A stretch of 39,090 bases of DNA, taken from assembly GCF_001194135.2 (NCBI RefSeq), contig NC_068984.1:113384520-113423609 (forward strand), read 5' to 3'. Position 1 is the first letter of the stretch, and the number at the start of each line of letters is the position of its first letter. The notes beneath the pieces were generated by a model, which ran no database searches, was not told the DNA's origin, and was given only the letters and a program-made list of their open reading frames with translations. A program made the position numbers and the translations under genes. Below are positions 12,931 to 25,050 of this stretch, piece by piece. This stretch comes from Octopus bimaculoides. Taxonomy: Eukaryota.

Positions 12931-13118
12931 GGTTAAAAATTTTGGCACAAGTCCAGCAAGTTCACGGGAGTGGGAAGCCGATTATATCGACCCCACTGCT
13001 CAACTGGTACTTAGTTTGTCGACCCCGAAAGGGTGAAAGTTAAAGTAGAGCCCGGCGGAATTTGAACTCATAACGTAAAGACGGGCGACATGTCGTTAAA
13101 CATGTTACTTGCCGCCTT
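12931..13118 (-). mobile_element. SINE family 1 (tail type i)
   Basis: B-box gagttcaaattccgccg, body gtcgatataatcg, tail cttgtgccaaaa. Confidence 0.85.
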
Positions 13119-13134
13119 TGATGAAAGAATACAT

Positions 13135-13914
13135 TCTCTTCTACTCAAGGCACAAGGCGCGAAATTTTGGGGAAGGGGGCCAGTCGACTAGATTGATCTC
13201 AGTACACAACTGGTACTTAATTAATCGACGCCGAAAGGATGAAAAGCAAAGTCGACCTCGGCGGAATTTGAACACAGAACGTAAATACAGACGAAATATT
13301 TCTAAGCATTTCGCCCGGCGTGCTAACGTTTCTTATTTCTTTACTGCCGACAAGGGGCTACACACAGATGGGACAAACAAGGACAGACAAACGGATTAAG
13401 TCGATTATATCGACCCCAGTACGTAACTGGTAATTATTTAATCGACCCCGAAAGGATGAAAGGCAAAGTCGACCTCGGTGGAATTTGAACTCTGAACGTA
13501 ACGGCAGACGAAATACCGCTAAGAATTTCGCCTGGCGTGCTAACGTTTCTTATCTCTTTATTGCCCACAAGGGGCTAAACATATAGGGGACAAACAAGGA
13601 CAGACAAAGGGGTTAAGTCGATTACATCGACCCCAGTACGTAACTGGTACTTATTTAATCGACCCCGAAAGGAAGAAAGGCAAAGTCGACCTCGGCAGAA
13701 TTTGAACTCAGAACGTAAAGACAGACGGAATACTTCTAAGCATTTCGCCCGGCGTGCTAACATTTCTTATTTCTTTATTGCCCATAATTGGCTACACACA
13801 GAGGGGACAAACAAGGACAGACAAACGGATTAAGTCGGTTATATCAACCCTAGTGCGTAACTGGTACTTATTTAATCAATCGGCGTGCCAACGTTTCTGC
13901 CAGCTCGCCACCTT
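13135..13914 (-). repeat. Head-to-tail array of four family-1 SINE units, 217-bp period
   Basis: Junction gctaacRtttct|tatYtcttta after 13333, 13550 and 13767; the last unit is internally deleted and carries the only complete 5' head. Confidence 0.92.
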
Positions 13915-14249
13915 AACGAAAGAAGGTATTGAAATGCAAACAAAAAAATTAATAAATAAATAAAACAATTGAGAAAGACAGCAGAAGAAGAAAGTTCAGG
14001 AAGAATGTTACCAAATATGGAATTAGTAAGCTGGTATTTTCATGGTTTGAATGAATTAAAGTTACGGATTAAATTGCATTTTATATGTGATGATACTGAA
14101 GCGGTCTGAATTAGATATCTAAACCACGGTAGGTAGTCATTCATGAAGAAATATGACTTGTTACCATTTACCATACTTTCACTAATAGCTTTCACTACTT
14201 GCGCGAGCTAACTAGGATGCTTTCCTTGTCTCCGACCTTTCACACAGTG

Positions 14250-14370
14250 AAACGTGGGGACAATACTAGATGCCGTGCACACGAAAATAAAGTGTCAACT
14301 GTCCTGGGATCGAAGCCATAATCTTAAGACCGTAATTCCAATATTCATAACGACAATACCGCGTGTCTTG
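14250..14370 (-). mobile_element. Degraded tRNA-derived SINE head
   Basis: Minus-strand GGCTTCGATCCC B-box-like motif (14306-14317) with a weak upstream A-box-like motif. Confidence 0.35.
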
Positions 14371-14577
14371 AGTGGACTAGAGCCGTTGTTTTTAAAATCT
14401 GCTTCGCAATGCGAGTAAAGCACTGGTATGGCCTTATATTGAACTAAATAAATATTTACTTTTGGATCATATTAGAATCTTTATAGCTATTCAATTTATA
14501 GCAAACTAACAAAATTGATACTTTCTATACACAAATTCACAAACACAAACATGCACAAACGCATTCACAGACACACA

Positions 14578-14617
<40 letters not shown>

Positions 14618-14967
14618 GAATAAGCTTACTCTACACACATACACTTACATATATATACAAATATAGTCAAATATGTATACTCATATATATATATGTGTGT
14701 GTGTGTGTGTGCGCATGATTACATATACGTAGATACGTATAAATGTGTACATATTAATATATATAAAAACATGTATATGTATATGTATCTATTTCTCTCT
14801 TACTCACTTTCACTCTTTATATATNNNNNNNNNNNNNNNNNNNNNNNNNNNNNNNNNNNNNNNNNNNNNNNNNNNNNNNNNNNNNNNNNNNNNNNNNNNN
14901 NNNNNNNNNNNNNNNNNNNNNNNNNNNNNNNNNNNNNNNNNNNNNNNNNNNNNNNNNNNNNNNNNNN

Positions 14968-15008
<41 letters not shown>

Positions 15009-15582
15009 TATATTTACGTACATATTTATATATATGTATATATATATATAAATATGTATGTATATATATATATATATACACATACGTAAATATGATATGT
15101 ATGTATATATATATACATATATAAAGTGAGAAAGTGAGAGAGAAATACATAAATACACATATATATACACATGTATGCATGTTTTGTGTATATATATGCA
15201 TATATGCATATACACATACATATATATGCATACATACACATCTGTGTGTGTGTATGTGTGTGTGTTTGTGAATAATTCATAAAAAAACAATAGGTATTTG
15301 TTATTGGAAGAGGGAACTTACTGCAGTTGCTGCTTTTGTCTGTGACTGAAAAAATGCATTTAGAATAAATCAAATTGACGTAAATCAGTGCACAGAATTT
15401 CAGCACTACCCTAAACAACAAAATACAATGTAATATATTTAAGTATTATTTAATGGTATCTATATCGCAGTATGCAGAAATGTAATAAAGGCGAATGATA
15501 TGACATATGAGAACATGAAAAAAAAATATGGACGACGTAATAATGAGGAAAGATTAGATAAATATTCCATCAGGTAAAGTTG

Positions 15583-15803
15583 CTTTCAAATTTTGTCACA
15601 AGGCCAGCAATTACGTGGGAGTGGGAAGGAGTAAGTCGTTTATATTGACCCTAGTACTCGACTGCAATTTATTTTATCAAACCCGAAAATTATGAAAGGG
15701 AAAGTCGACTTCGGCGGAATTTGAAATCAGAATGTAAAGACAAACGAAACGCCATGAAGCATCTAAGCCGAGCGTGCTAACGATTTTGCCAGCTCGTCGC
15801 CTT
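15583..15803 (-). mobile_element. SINE family 1 (tail type i)
   Basis: Full-length similarity to the other copies, with A- and B-box-like motifs. Confidence 0.85.
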
Positions 15804-15980
15804 ATTAAACAGGTAAAATATTATCCGTAATTCTTTCTTTACGTCTGTTTATATGAAGTTGGTGCGTCGTTTTTAGACGTAATCTGTTAGAAATTTTGTT
15901 ATCGCAGATTTTCGTAGCATTAAGTCGTATATTATATTATGGCACTACTTTTACAATATTCTAACCGAAAATAATATTCT

Positions 15981-16045
15981 TTCTAATTTTGGTACAAACC
16001 TAGCAATTTCGAGTCGATTACATAAATCCCAGTATTTGACTGGTG
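15981..16045 (-). mobile_element. SINE family 1, 3' fragment
   Basis: aattttggtacaaacctagcaatttcgagtcgattacat...ctggt. Confidence 0.6.
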
Positions 16046-16351
16046 AATCAATTTGATGTTTCGAGATTTTACAGTGTTGCAATGGCATGTCTGCGGATTC
16101 TTCAGTAAGTCGCATACAATCTTGTGTAGAATTCTATAACTGATAAGCTTCAAGCTCCGATTTTCAAAATTGTATTTTAGAGAATCCTGATAAATCCTTA
16201 AGACTATCATCAAATTTTTACCTGTGACGTGTCTGGCTGTGTATGTAAATGTGTAATGTTTGTGTTTGTGTGTGTGTGCGAGTGCATGTATGCACGTGCA
16301 AGTGTATGTATGTATGTTCAAACACACAAACACACACACACACACATGTAT

Positions 16352-16666
16352 ATATAAATGTAAGAAATTACTGTGGACAAGGCTGCAGGGCGTTCGATTA
16401 TAAATAAATAAAATATATACATTAAGTACAGGACATTACCAACAAGTGAAAAATATGTAAACACATAATGAGAGACAAGTACGGGACAAAATACCAAAGG
16501 AAGATAACCCGCTCGTCAGTTGTCGACTCTTTTACTACTCCCGATGTTGTGCCTTTAACGATAAGATAGGAAAACTTCATAAGACAGCAGCATCCTGAAA
16601 TTTAAAAAATATAAAATTTGTGGAGAGATAGGGCTTTGAACGAACAAACAACAACAGAGTGGGCGT
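16352..16666 (-). mobile_element. Penelope-like short element related to 4285-4690 (partial hammerhead motif)
   Basis: Minus strand ggagtagtaaaagagtcgacaaCTGACGA; 3' end at a TA/CA tract, 5' end lost in a gap. Confidence 0.5.
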
Positions 16667-17457
16667 NNNNNNNNNNNNNNNNNNNNNNNNNNNNNNNNNN
16701 NNNNNNNNNNNNNNNNNNNNNNNNNNNNNNNNNNNNNNNNNNNNNNNNNNNNNNNNNNNNNNNNNNNNNNNNNNNNNNNNNNNNNNNNNNNNNNNNNNNN
16801 NNNNNNNNNNNNNNNNNNNNNNNNNNNNNNNNNNNNNNNNNNNNNNNNNNNNNNNNNNNNNNNNNNNNNNNNNNNNNNNNNNNNNNNNNNNNNNNNNNNN
16901 NNNNNNNNNNNNNNNNNNNNNNNNNNNNNNNNNNNNNNNNNNNNNNNNNNNNNNNNNNNNNNNNNNNNNNNNNNNNNNNNNNNNNNNNNNNNNNNNNNNN
17001 NNNNNNNNNNNNNNNNNNNNNNNNNNNNNNNNNNNNNNNNNNNNNNNNNNNNNNNNNNNNNNNNNNNNNNNNNNNNNNNNNNNNNNNNNNNNNNNNNNNN
17101 NNNNNNNNNNNNNNNNNNNNNNNNNNNNNNNNNNNNNNNNNNNNNNNNNNNNNNNNNNNNNNNNNNNNNNNNNNNNNNNNNNNNNNNNNNNNNNNNNATA
17201 TATATATATATATATATATATAAACAATATTATTAAAATTAATAATAACATCTTCGAAAATATATGTCAACACAACATTATCAAGGTAATCCAAATTTGA
17301 TGAAATTCCGACTGAGCACCAGAAAAAGAGTTAGCTGTTAACAAACGTTAAAATAAAAAGGAACGCCTAAATCAAACTGGACTTAAGACATTCATCCATT
17401 CAACCAATAGCAACAATAGCAAGCGACATATTATTTGTTGTTTTATATATATATATA

Positions 17458-17535
17458 CAGGTCGTCGTCGACCTACGTCCTATCCGACTAACGACCGATC
17501 GATTTTTCGACGATCGGTGCGCCAGCTCCCGGCAG
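17458..17535 (+). mobile_element. Orphan pogo/Tigger-like left terminal inverted repeat
   Basis: TA followed by caggtcgtcgtcgacctacg, resembling CAGGTAGTCCTCGACTTACG-type termini; no partner end seen. Confidence 0.35.
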
Positions 17536-17605
17536 CAAAGATAGATAGTCCAGCTGAAATCTAATGGGTTTAGAAATTAACTCGTCTACGGATAACGTCA
17601 GCAAA

Positions 17606-18238
17606 CAAGTTCCAAGTGTTATGCATAAAAATTTCCTGCAACTGTCATGGCTTTAGGGGCTGTCAGCAATGAAGGACATGTAATGCCTCCTTACTTCTTT
17701 CCACAAGGCCTTAGAGTTAACTCTGCTGCCTACATTGAGGTCCTGAAAATAATTGTTAAGCCCTGGATAGACAGTGTATGCAATGGAAGGCCACATGTGT
17801 TTCAAAAAGACTCTGCACTATCACACATGGCTCTAGTAACACAGGAATGATTGGCTTAAAATTTTCATGATCCCATAACCTCCAACATTTGACCTCCTAA
17901 TCCTCTAGATCTCATTTCATTGGACTATTACATGTCGAGCGTTGTTGAGAGAGAGGTCAATGAACACACCCATAGCACCAAAGATTCTTTGAAAGTTGCC
18001 ATAGTCAGAGTAATTTCAAAAATTAATCAGGACCACTTTATTCGAGCATGTAGATGATTGGCATCTCATATAGAAGCAGTTGTTGAAGCTGAAGGTGATT
18101 TATTGAATAACATTATAGAAAAGAACGTTTATTTTTATCCTCATAGCATTTTTTGATAAATAAAGTTATTATCTGTTATTGTATAGCTGTTTTGTTTTTA
18201 TAAACATAAATCTGTCCTTAAATATCTTACGCACCCTC
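17606..18238 (+). mobile_element. 3' half of a decayed DD37D (maT-type) Tc1/mariner transposon
   Basis: KFPATVMALGAVSNEGHVMPPYFF...VFQKDSALSH...*PPNPLDLISLDYY...IEAVVEAEGDFIE*; 37 residues between the D residues; right TIR atatcttacgcaccctc followed by TA. Confidence 0.88.
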
Positions 18239-19749
18239 TACGTACATATATATTAGTATTCGAGAATCAATATTTTCTCGTGTGTTTTCGAGAAAAATGC
18301 AATAATTTTGCAAGGAAAGAACAAAAATTCAATTTAGTGTAGAAAGTATGTATCGATAACAATTACAGAATACAAAATAGATATGTTTTCGGTGTTATCG
18401 ATGTAACACGAAAGATAGCGCTATAAAAAATCATTGACACGTTCTAAGTTTATCAAACTACTGATAAACCATTTGTACAGTGAGAATTTTCCATAAATAA
18501 TCAAATGAAATGTGTAGGTCCTCAATAATGTACGCATCATAATAGTTGTATAACAGTGATTGCTTGTGTTATGTGTGAGCGTGGTTTGACACAGGCAGTT
18601 TTCCTTCGAGCGATACATCTAGCTCTTCTCAGATACTAATTTAGCTTTGAACTAGAATTTCTAACATTAGTGCGCCCGAACCACCATGTAATATTTTACA
18701 TGGTCGTCCGACTTGTCAGAAATAATTGCCAAATATTCCGCCAAATCATATCCCAAATTATACTGGTTCACGTAATATCATGGCACGTAGGATAAATGTT
18801 TCGTGGGGGAGGAGTCCGTTCTGCTCTGAGGCCTGTATGCCTAAGCCACAGATGTTGTTGATCCATCACTTGGGGGTTACAGAGATACATTCCACCCCAC
18901 ACACCCGTCTGAGTGGAACAGCTATGGAGTAACTCCTTACTTCTCCAAACGTTCTATACTCTTGAATTAGATTTTCATGAAGAGGTGCATTGAAATGCCT
19001 TGGGCTCTCTCCCCCTCTCTCTCTCTCTCTCTTTCTATCTCTATCTCGCTCTCGCTCTCTCCCTCTCTCTCTCTCGCTTAACAAGGAAAAGGAGTTCAGG
19101 TGATGAAGTAATCCTAGATACACAAAAAGACAGGTTTGTCAAGGCGCGCTTATTCGCTTAGATCTGACTAGGGACCTAATATTAATTACAGCTATAACAC
19201 TTGCCTTAGATTATTTGAGCGCTGAACATTTGCTGCTATAACTACACCCCACGCTACACTACATTTACCTTAAAGAGTTACTGGACATAAATAATTTAGA
19301 CGTCCAATCTGAGAAAACAGCACACTGATTTATCGAAGAACATTACTCATAATCAACCGCTAACACTCCGATCAGTTCTATTCTTTCTGTTTCCTCATCC
19401 TTCTTATTTCATCCGGTTTCCTTTTCTAGTCTTATGATATTTCCCTTTCATCAATCACAACAATAAACAGTTTGCTCAATTTTTCTTTCTTAGAGTTATA
19501 ATACTCTGAAGATAAGAAATTCGTTCATGTTCACCTTTTTTTTTATTATTTAACTTATAACAAACCTAACTGTACAGGTTTATATACCAACCATGTCCAT
19601 TTTATGTAATGCATTCTCTGACGGTTTCATCTTTCTTTTGTCTTGCAATCTTTATAATAATTTGAAGTTTATTTGGCTGGTAATGTCTAGGAGGTTGAGT
19701 GACTACGTTGAGTCTTTCTCCTGTTTTCTCGCAACAATCATGTGTGTGT

Positions 19750-19793
<44 letters not shown>

Positions 19794-19816
19794 ACACTTA
19801 TATCTGTGTGTGTACG

Positions 19817-20028
19817 AAGGCGGTGAGCTGTCAGGATCGTTAGCATACCGGGCGAAATGCTTGGCGGTATTTCGTCCATCTTCACTTTCAGAGATCAAGT
19901 TCCGCCGAGGTCGACTTTGCCTTTCATTCTTTCAGGGTCGATTTAATAAGCAACAGTTACGCACTGGGGCCGATGTAATCGACTTACCCCTCCCCTCAAA
20001 TTTCAGACCTTATGCCTATAGTAGAAAC
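19817..20028 (+). mobile_element. SINE family 1 (tail type ii)
   Basis: aaggcggtgagctgtcaggatcgttagc...ccttatgcctatagtagaaa, then a gap. Confidence 0.88.
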
Positions 20029-20242
20029 NNNNNNNNNNNNNNNNNNNNNNNNNNNNNNNNNNNNNNNNNNNNNNNNNNNNNNNNNNNNNNNNNNNNNNNN
20101 NNNNNNNNNNNNNNNNNNNNNNNNNNNNNNNNNNNNNNNNNNNNNNNNNNNNNNNNNNNNNNNNNNNNNNNNNNNNNNNNNNNNNNNNNNNNNNNNNNNN
20201 NNNNNNNNNNNNNNNNNNNNNNNNNNNNNNNNNNNNNNNNNN

Positions 20243-20270
<28 letters not shown>

Positions 20271-20273
<3 letters not shown>

Positions 20274-20865
20274 AAATGGGGCAAGAACGCAAAACATCCA
20301 GACAGTTAGGTGATACAAGAAAGGGACAACAAAACATCCAGATAGACGATACAAAGAAAACAAGGACGGAAAAAAACGGAGAAAGTTACACTAATACAAA
20401 TAACAGGACATAACAACAGGTGTCTTTCAACTAAGGACGAATCAAATTAAGATGGCGCGTGTGGAAGTAAAGCCTTACGGCAGGGATACAAGATTTCACA
20501 GACACGGGGAAGAATATAGATGTTGCACGGACAACGACTGCAGCAAGAAAGAAAGGTCAGACTTGGCCGAACACCGGTCACGTGGGGGAGAGAAGAGAGA
20601 GCGGTAGAGGCAGAGGGACAGAAGAAATAAAGAGGGGAGAGAAAATGACAGTGAAGTGAAAAGAGGAGGGAAAGTGAGCGTTGAAGAGAAGGCAATGAAA
20701 TGTGAGAGAGGGGGAACGAAATAACGAAGAGTGAAATGAACGAAATAATCGTGAAAGAGCTGATAGAAAGAAAGAATAAAAGAATAAGAGAACAGAGTCG
20801 TACAAGATTTAGATAAATATATACTTTCATTTAAGAGAAGAAAGTGTACGTACGCCGTTATATAT

Positions 20866-20870
<5 letters not shown>
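20271..20870 (-). mobile_element. Second copy of family A ORF-less element
   Basis: Reverse complement shares cgtacgtacacttt, ccacgtgac-ggtgttcggcc and aatttgattcgtcct...aaagacac-tgttgttat with 6800-7300; both ends abut (TA)n. Confidence 0.75.
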
Positions 20871-20903
<33 letters not shown>

Positions 20904-21031
20904 NNNNNNNNNNNNNNNNNNNNNNNNNNNNNNNNNNNNNNNNNNNNNNNNNNNNNNNNNNNNNNNNNNNNNNNNNNNNNNNNNNNNNNNNNNNNNNNNN
21001 NNNNNNNNNNNNNNNNNNNNNNNNNNNNNNN

Positions 21032-21062
<31 letters not shown>

Positions 21063-22196
21063 CGAAAATTTATCTCAAAAAATTAAAGAGAAACAGTAGA
21101 GCTACATATTTTGTAAACTATTTGTAACGACTGAGAATCAAATTTGATTGACAGATACAAAGAATAAAGAAGTTTTCGATTTCAATATAAGTGGCAAAAT
21201 TGTGTTATAATCTATAGAAGATTAATTATATTTCGTTATATCAAGACATTGTGAGACGGCCAAGGTTTGCAAAAGAAATTATATACCATATCCTACTTTT
21301 ATTAAAAAGAGAATATTCTATTAGAAAAATAAACTCTTATTTATAAATATGCGATTATCTGAGCCAATGCAAGTTATCATGTCTATACTCTTGTAAAGAT
21401 TGAAATATAAATATTATTTTCATTTTCTTTAATATTAGCGTGTTGCTAGCTAGTCGTATTTAGAATTAAGCGCAGAAGAAAGTGATAGCTAAATTGAATA
21501 TATCTTTTAGATTACATTCAAGCGCAACCAATCAAAATATTGATAATAGCCTTATTTAAGAAAACAAACAACTCCAATATAACACATTAGCATACTAAAT
21601 TAACAGTTATCTCATACTAAATATTATCGTTGTCAAAAAGAAAAGAAATACAATTTAATAAACTATAATCTAATACTGTTAATAGTATTATGAATGAATG
21701 GTAGAGGAAAGTATCATAAGAGAAGAATATTCATTATAGATTATAGAATATGTTTAGTTGTTATTATAAGGGTTACAATAATAAAACTATTTTTATTATA
21801 TGGATTATGATAATAACACTATTTGCGAAAATGAAAGTGAGTTCAATAACCGAAACTATATTTTAAAAAAGTTCTTTGGCTTTATAGATAAAGGGACTCT
21901 TGGCGGAATACTTCTAAAGCAGTATGGTTGTAAATCATATCTATGATATACTTTCGTAGTTATATAGATCAAGCTTTTCTATTTATTATCACGACGAAAC
22001 AAATGATAGCCGGTTTCATAGAACTTAATCTGGAATTATGGATCTAATAAAGTGAATTAAACATTATCCCTAATGTGTTTTCAAAACTTGAACGTTTATT
22101 CTCTATCATAGTTACGTTAATAAATTGCTTTATACTACATCAACAAGGAACATTTACAAGGTGATTACTAACAACATACATACACACACGCATATA

Positions 22197-22381
22197 TACG
22201 AGGGAGAGTCAAAAATAATACGTGCTCTTGTTTTTTCAATGTATTTACACAAAAGAAAAGGGATAAGCAAATACGTGATTTTTTCTTTATAGTCTCCTTC
22301 CTTTTCGGTGCACTTTGTCCAGCGGTCCACAAGCTTGCGTATTTCCTCCAGGAAGAAGGTTTTCGGTTGGTCAGCAACCAT
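22197..22381 (-). mobile_element. Mariner 3' end (transposase C-terminus plus right TIR)
   Basis: Minus translation ADQPKTFFLEEIRKLVDRWTKCTEKEGDYKEK is the typical mariner C-terminus; TIR TA-CGAGGGAGAGTCAAAAATAA. Confidence 0.85.
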
Positions 22382-22406
22382 TTATCTTCATCCGTAGGAA
22401 ATCGTA

Positions 22407-22424
22407 GAAGCAGCAGCAGCAGGG

Positions 22425-22476
<52 letters not shown>

Positions 22477-22495
22477 CAGCAGCAGTAGCAGCAGC

Positions 22496-22563
<68 letters not shown>

Positions 22564-22595
22564 GACTAGGAAAGCAATAATAATAATAATAATAA

Positions 22596-22626
<31 letters not shown>

Positions 22627-22787
22627 AAGAAGAAGAAGAAGAAGAAGAAGAAGAAGAAGAAGAAGAAGAAGAAGAAGAAGAAGAAGAAGAAGAAGAAGAA
22701 GAAGAAGAAGAAGAAGAAGAAGAAGAAGAAGAAGAAGAAGAAGAAGAAGAAGAAGAAGAAGAAGAAGAAGAAGAAGAAGAAGAAGCA
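22407..22787. repeat. Compound trinucleotide microsatellite (CAG)n-(TAG)n-(AAT)n-(GAA)n
   Basis: Direct reading; (GAA)n is about 190 nt. Confidence 0.95.
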
Positions 22788-22829
22788 ACGTATCTAGTTT
22801 AACATTTGAACATTTCTATTGCAGGATGT

Positions 22830-25050
22830 CTAATGAGATTTTCCGAAAATAAAATATATTTCTAAACCAAACTTAGAAGAATTGGTAAACAAACTGAAAA
22901 ATCTTAGATAATAAAAAACATCGTGTCTAAATAGATATAATAATGGCTTCTTAGTATTATATAATAGAATGCAATAACTATTCCATGTTGTCTTCAGTTC
23001 CTCGTAAAAGATCAAACGACTTGATGCGTTTGTCTTCTTTTTATAAATTTTTCCACGTATCTTTTGCTCATAGCATTTTCTTCCAAATTCCTTCATTAAG
23101 TCTTTCCTAAGTTCTTGTATAAAATGCATTCCAGAGCATTTCTAGCAATAGATCACTTTGCAAGTAACTTAACTTTTACAGTATATGCTTTTAAAGAATT
23201 GGTACTTCTCCTTTTGACTCAGTCCATTGGGGATAATATTCTTTCAATGCTTCTTGTTGTCTTTGGTGAGATAGTTAAATAAGTCATAAAACTGGTTAAG
23301 AAATATATGTCTTTTTAATAATGAAGTTCTTTTATATCATTTGTCTTGTGCCAATATCCAGGAATATTTTCTGTGGAGATAGAATAATTGTTTGCTGTTA
23401 AACAATATTTTCGCTATTCACCAAGATCATTTAGTCTGATTTTTGACACAGCAGTCGGGAAATGAACATTTTGGGGAATGACAGACTGGAAATCATTGCG
23501 GAATGATGTACATTACATTACATTAATAATCTAGTTTTGAGTCTTTCCAATTTTTGACTGGAAAGACAAATTTTCAGATCCGGAAACAAAGTTCTCTAAG
23601 AATTCCAAGCAATCAGTTTTAAATCTCGTCTAACACAGATTTCATTATCAAAAAATTTTCTAATTAAATGTATTGTTGCTTTGCTTCCGAGATAAGTAAT
23701 AGTTTTGTAATGACTTTAATTACTTGGTTCAATTTCTGTTAATGAAATGTTCTTCAGCAATTCATCTTTAATTAATAAGTTCAAGAGATTTTTGTATTTT
23801 CCTGATTTCATTAAAATCGGAATTCAACATTAGATCGGAATTCAACATTAGATCTGAATTCAACATTAGATTGGAATTCAACAAATTCTTTGCCTCTGTA
23901 GCACACATTTAAGGAAAACTAGTATATGCTTGAATCTGTTGTCGTTTAACCCCCGTATCCTTTACGCAGCATCAAGTTTTACGATTCACTTAAAAATATA
24001 GAAACAAACCATCAAATTGTTCTACTATTATTGCAATAACTCTTTCTCCAAAAAAGTTACTTTATTTATGCTATTTTGGGTATTTTCATGAGTTAAGTAT
24101 TTAGTGAGTGGTCAGGATAATTTCTGTAATAAGTGTAAACTCTTGTTGTCTTTTGCTGCTGCGGCAAACTATGTTAAATCTTTCAAAAAGCCTCTAAGTA
24201 TGAGGCCAATACATTAACAGTATGGGCAGCACGAAGAGCGAAAAAATGACACATCCTGTAATGAAAACAGGGGATATAATCCAATAATAGAATCCACTAT
24301 TAGTGATCATAATGGAAGAATGATTATCACTTGAGAATCTAATATTTTCTAGTTTTGACAATATTGTAAAGTCCAAGAGTCATTACTTTTCATAAAAATG
24401 AGCTGAGTATTTACAGTGTTGATGTGTACTACAACTTTCAACGACTACAGTATCTAACGACACGTCAGTTACATCATGTTTATGCAAATGAAAGTATCTT
24501 GCAACTATAGAACAACGAAAATTTTGGTAACTGAAATATATGCACATTTATTAACTATGGTAAACAACTTTTGCATCATACAGATATAAACTATCACCAT
24601 TTTTCATGAAAGGCTATTCCATCTCGAATAAGATACGGAAATTTTCTTCTTTTTGTAGATGACTTTCTATCACTTTTTCTTTGTTCGGAAATCTTCGCCA
24701 GAAGATGATCACCGTTTGAAAAGTTAAGCCAACAATAAGCAGTTCACTTTTGGCTCTTTGTTCAGCCTCTCGTGACTTTTTGGCAATGAATTGAGAAATA
24801 TCAACACTAGATTTGGCCACATAAAAACATTTCTTATGTTTGAAAGATTTTTTTTATTTCAGATGCATGGATCTATTTGCATTTCTCAGAGTAACGCTGC
24901 AAGATTTAAAATAGCTAGTTTCTTTATCATTTTCATTTTGTTGAAGCCAATCCTTGTATTCAAGTTTTTGCAATCATTCTTTCTTGAATGACTGCGCATC
25001 CTTTTCCTTCTATTTGTGACAGTTTACATTTTACCACTCATCTTTGTAAA
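22830..25050 (-). pseudogene. Heavily decayed hAT-superfamily transposase
   Basis: N-terminal zinc-finger-like remnant FKKE*LQKLEYKDWLQQNENDKETSYFKSCSVTL...H, then AEQRAKSELLIVG and a C-terminal NASSRLIF resembling the hAT dimerisation motif; many stops and frameshifts; boundaries approximate. Confidence 0.55.
23818..23883. repeat. 18-bp tandem repeat, about 3.7 copies (cggaattcaacattagat)
   Basis: Units start at 23818, 23836, 23854 and 23872. Confidence 0.92.

Noticed and set aside
13135-13914. Regularly spaced repeats resembling a CRISPR array
   Set aside because: Whole 217-bp units are homologous SINE copies; no unique spacers, no cas genes, eukaryotic context.
16050-16112. Minus-strand CTGAAGA ... 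CGAAACATC
   Set aside because: Stem I and stem II do not pair; likely chance.
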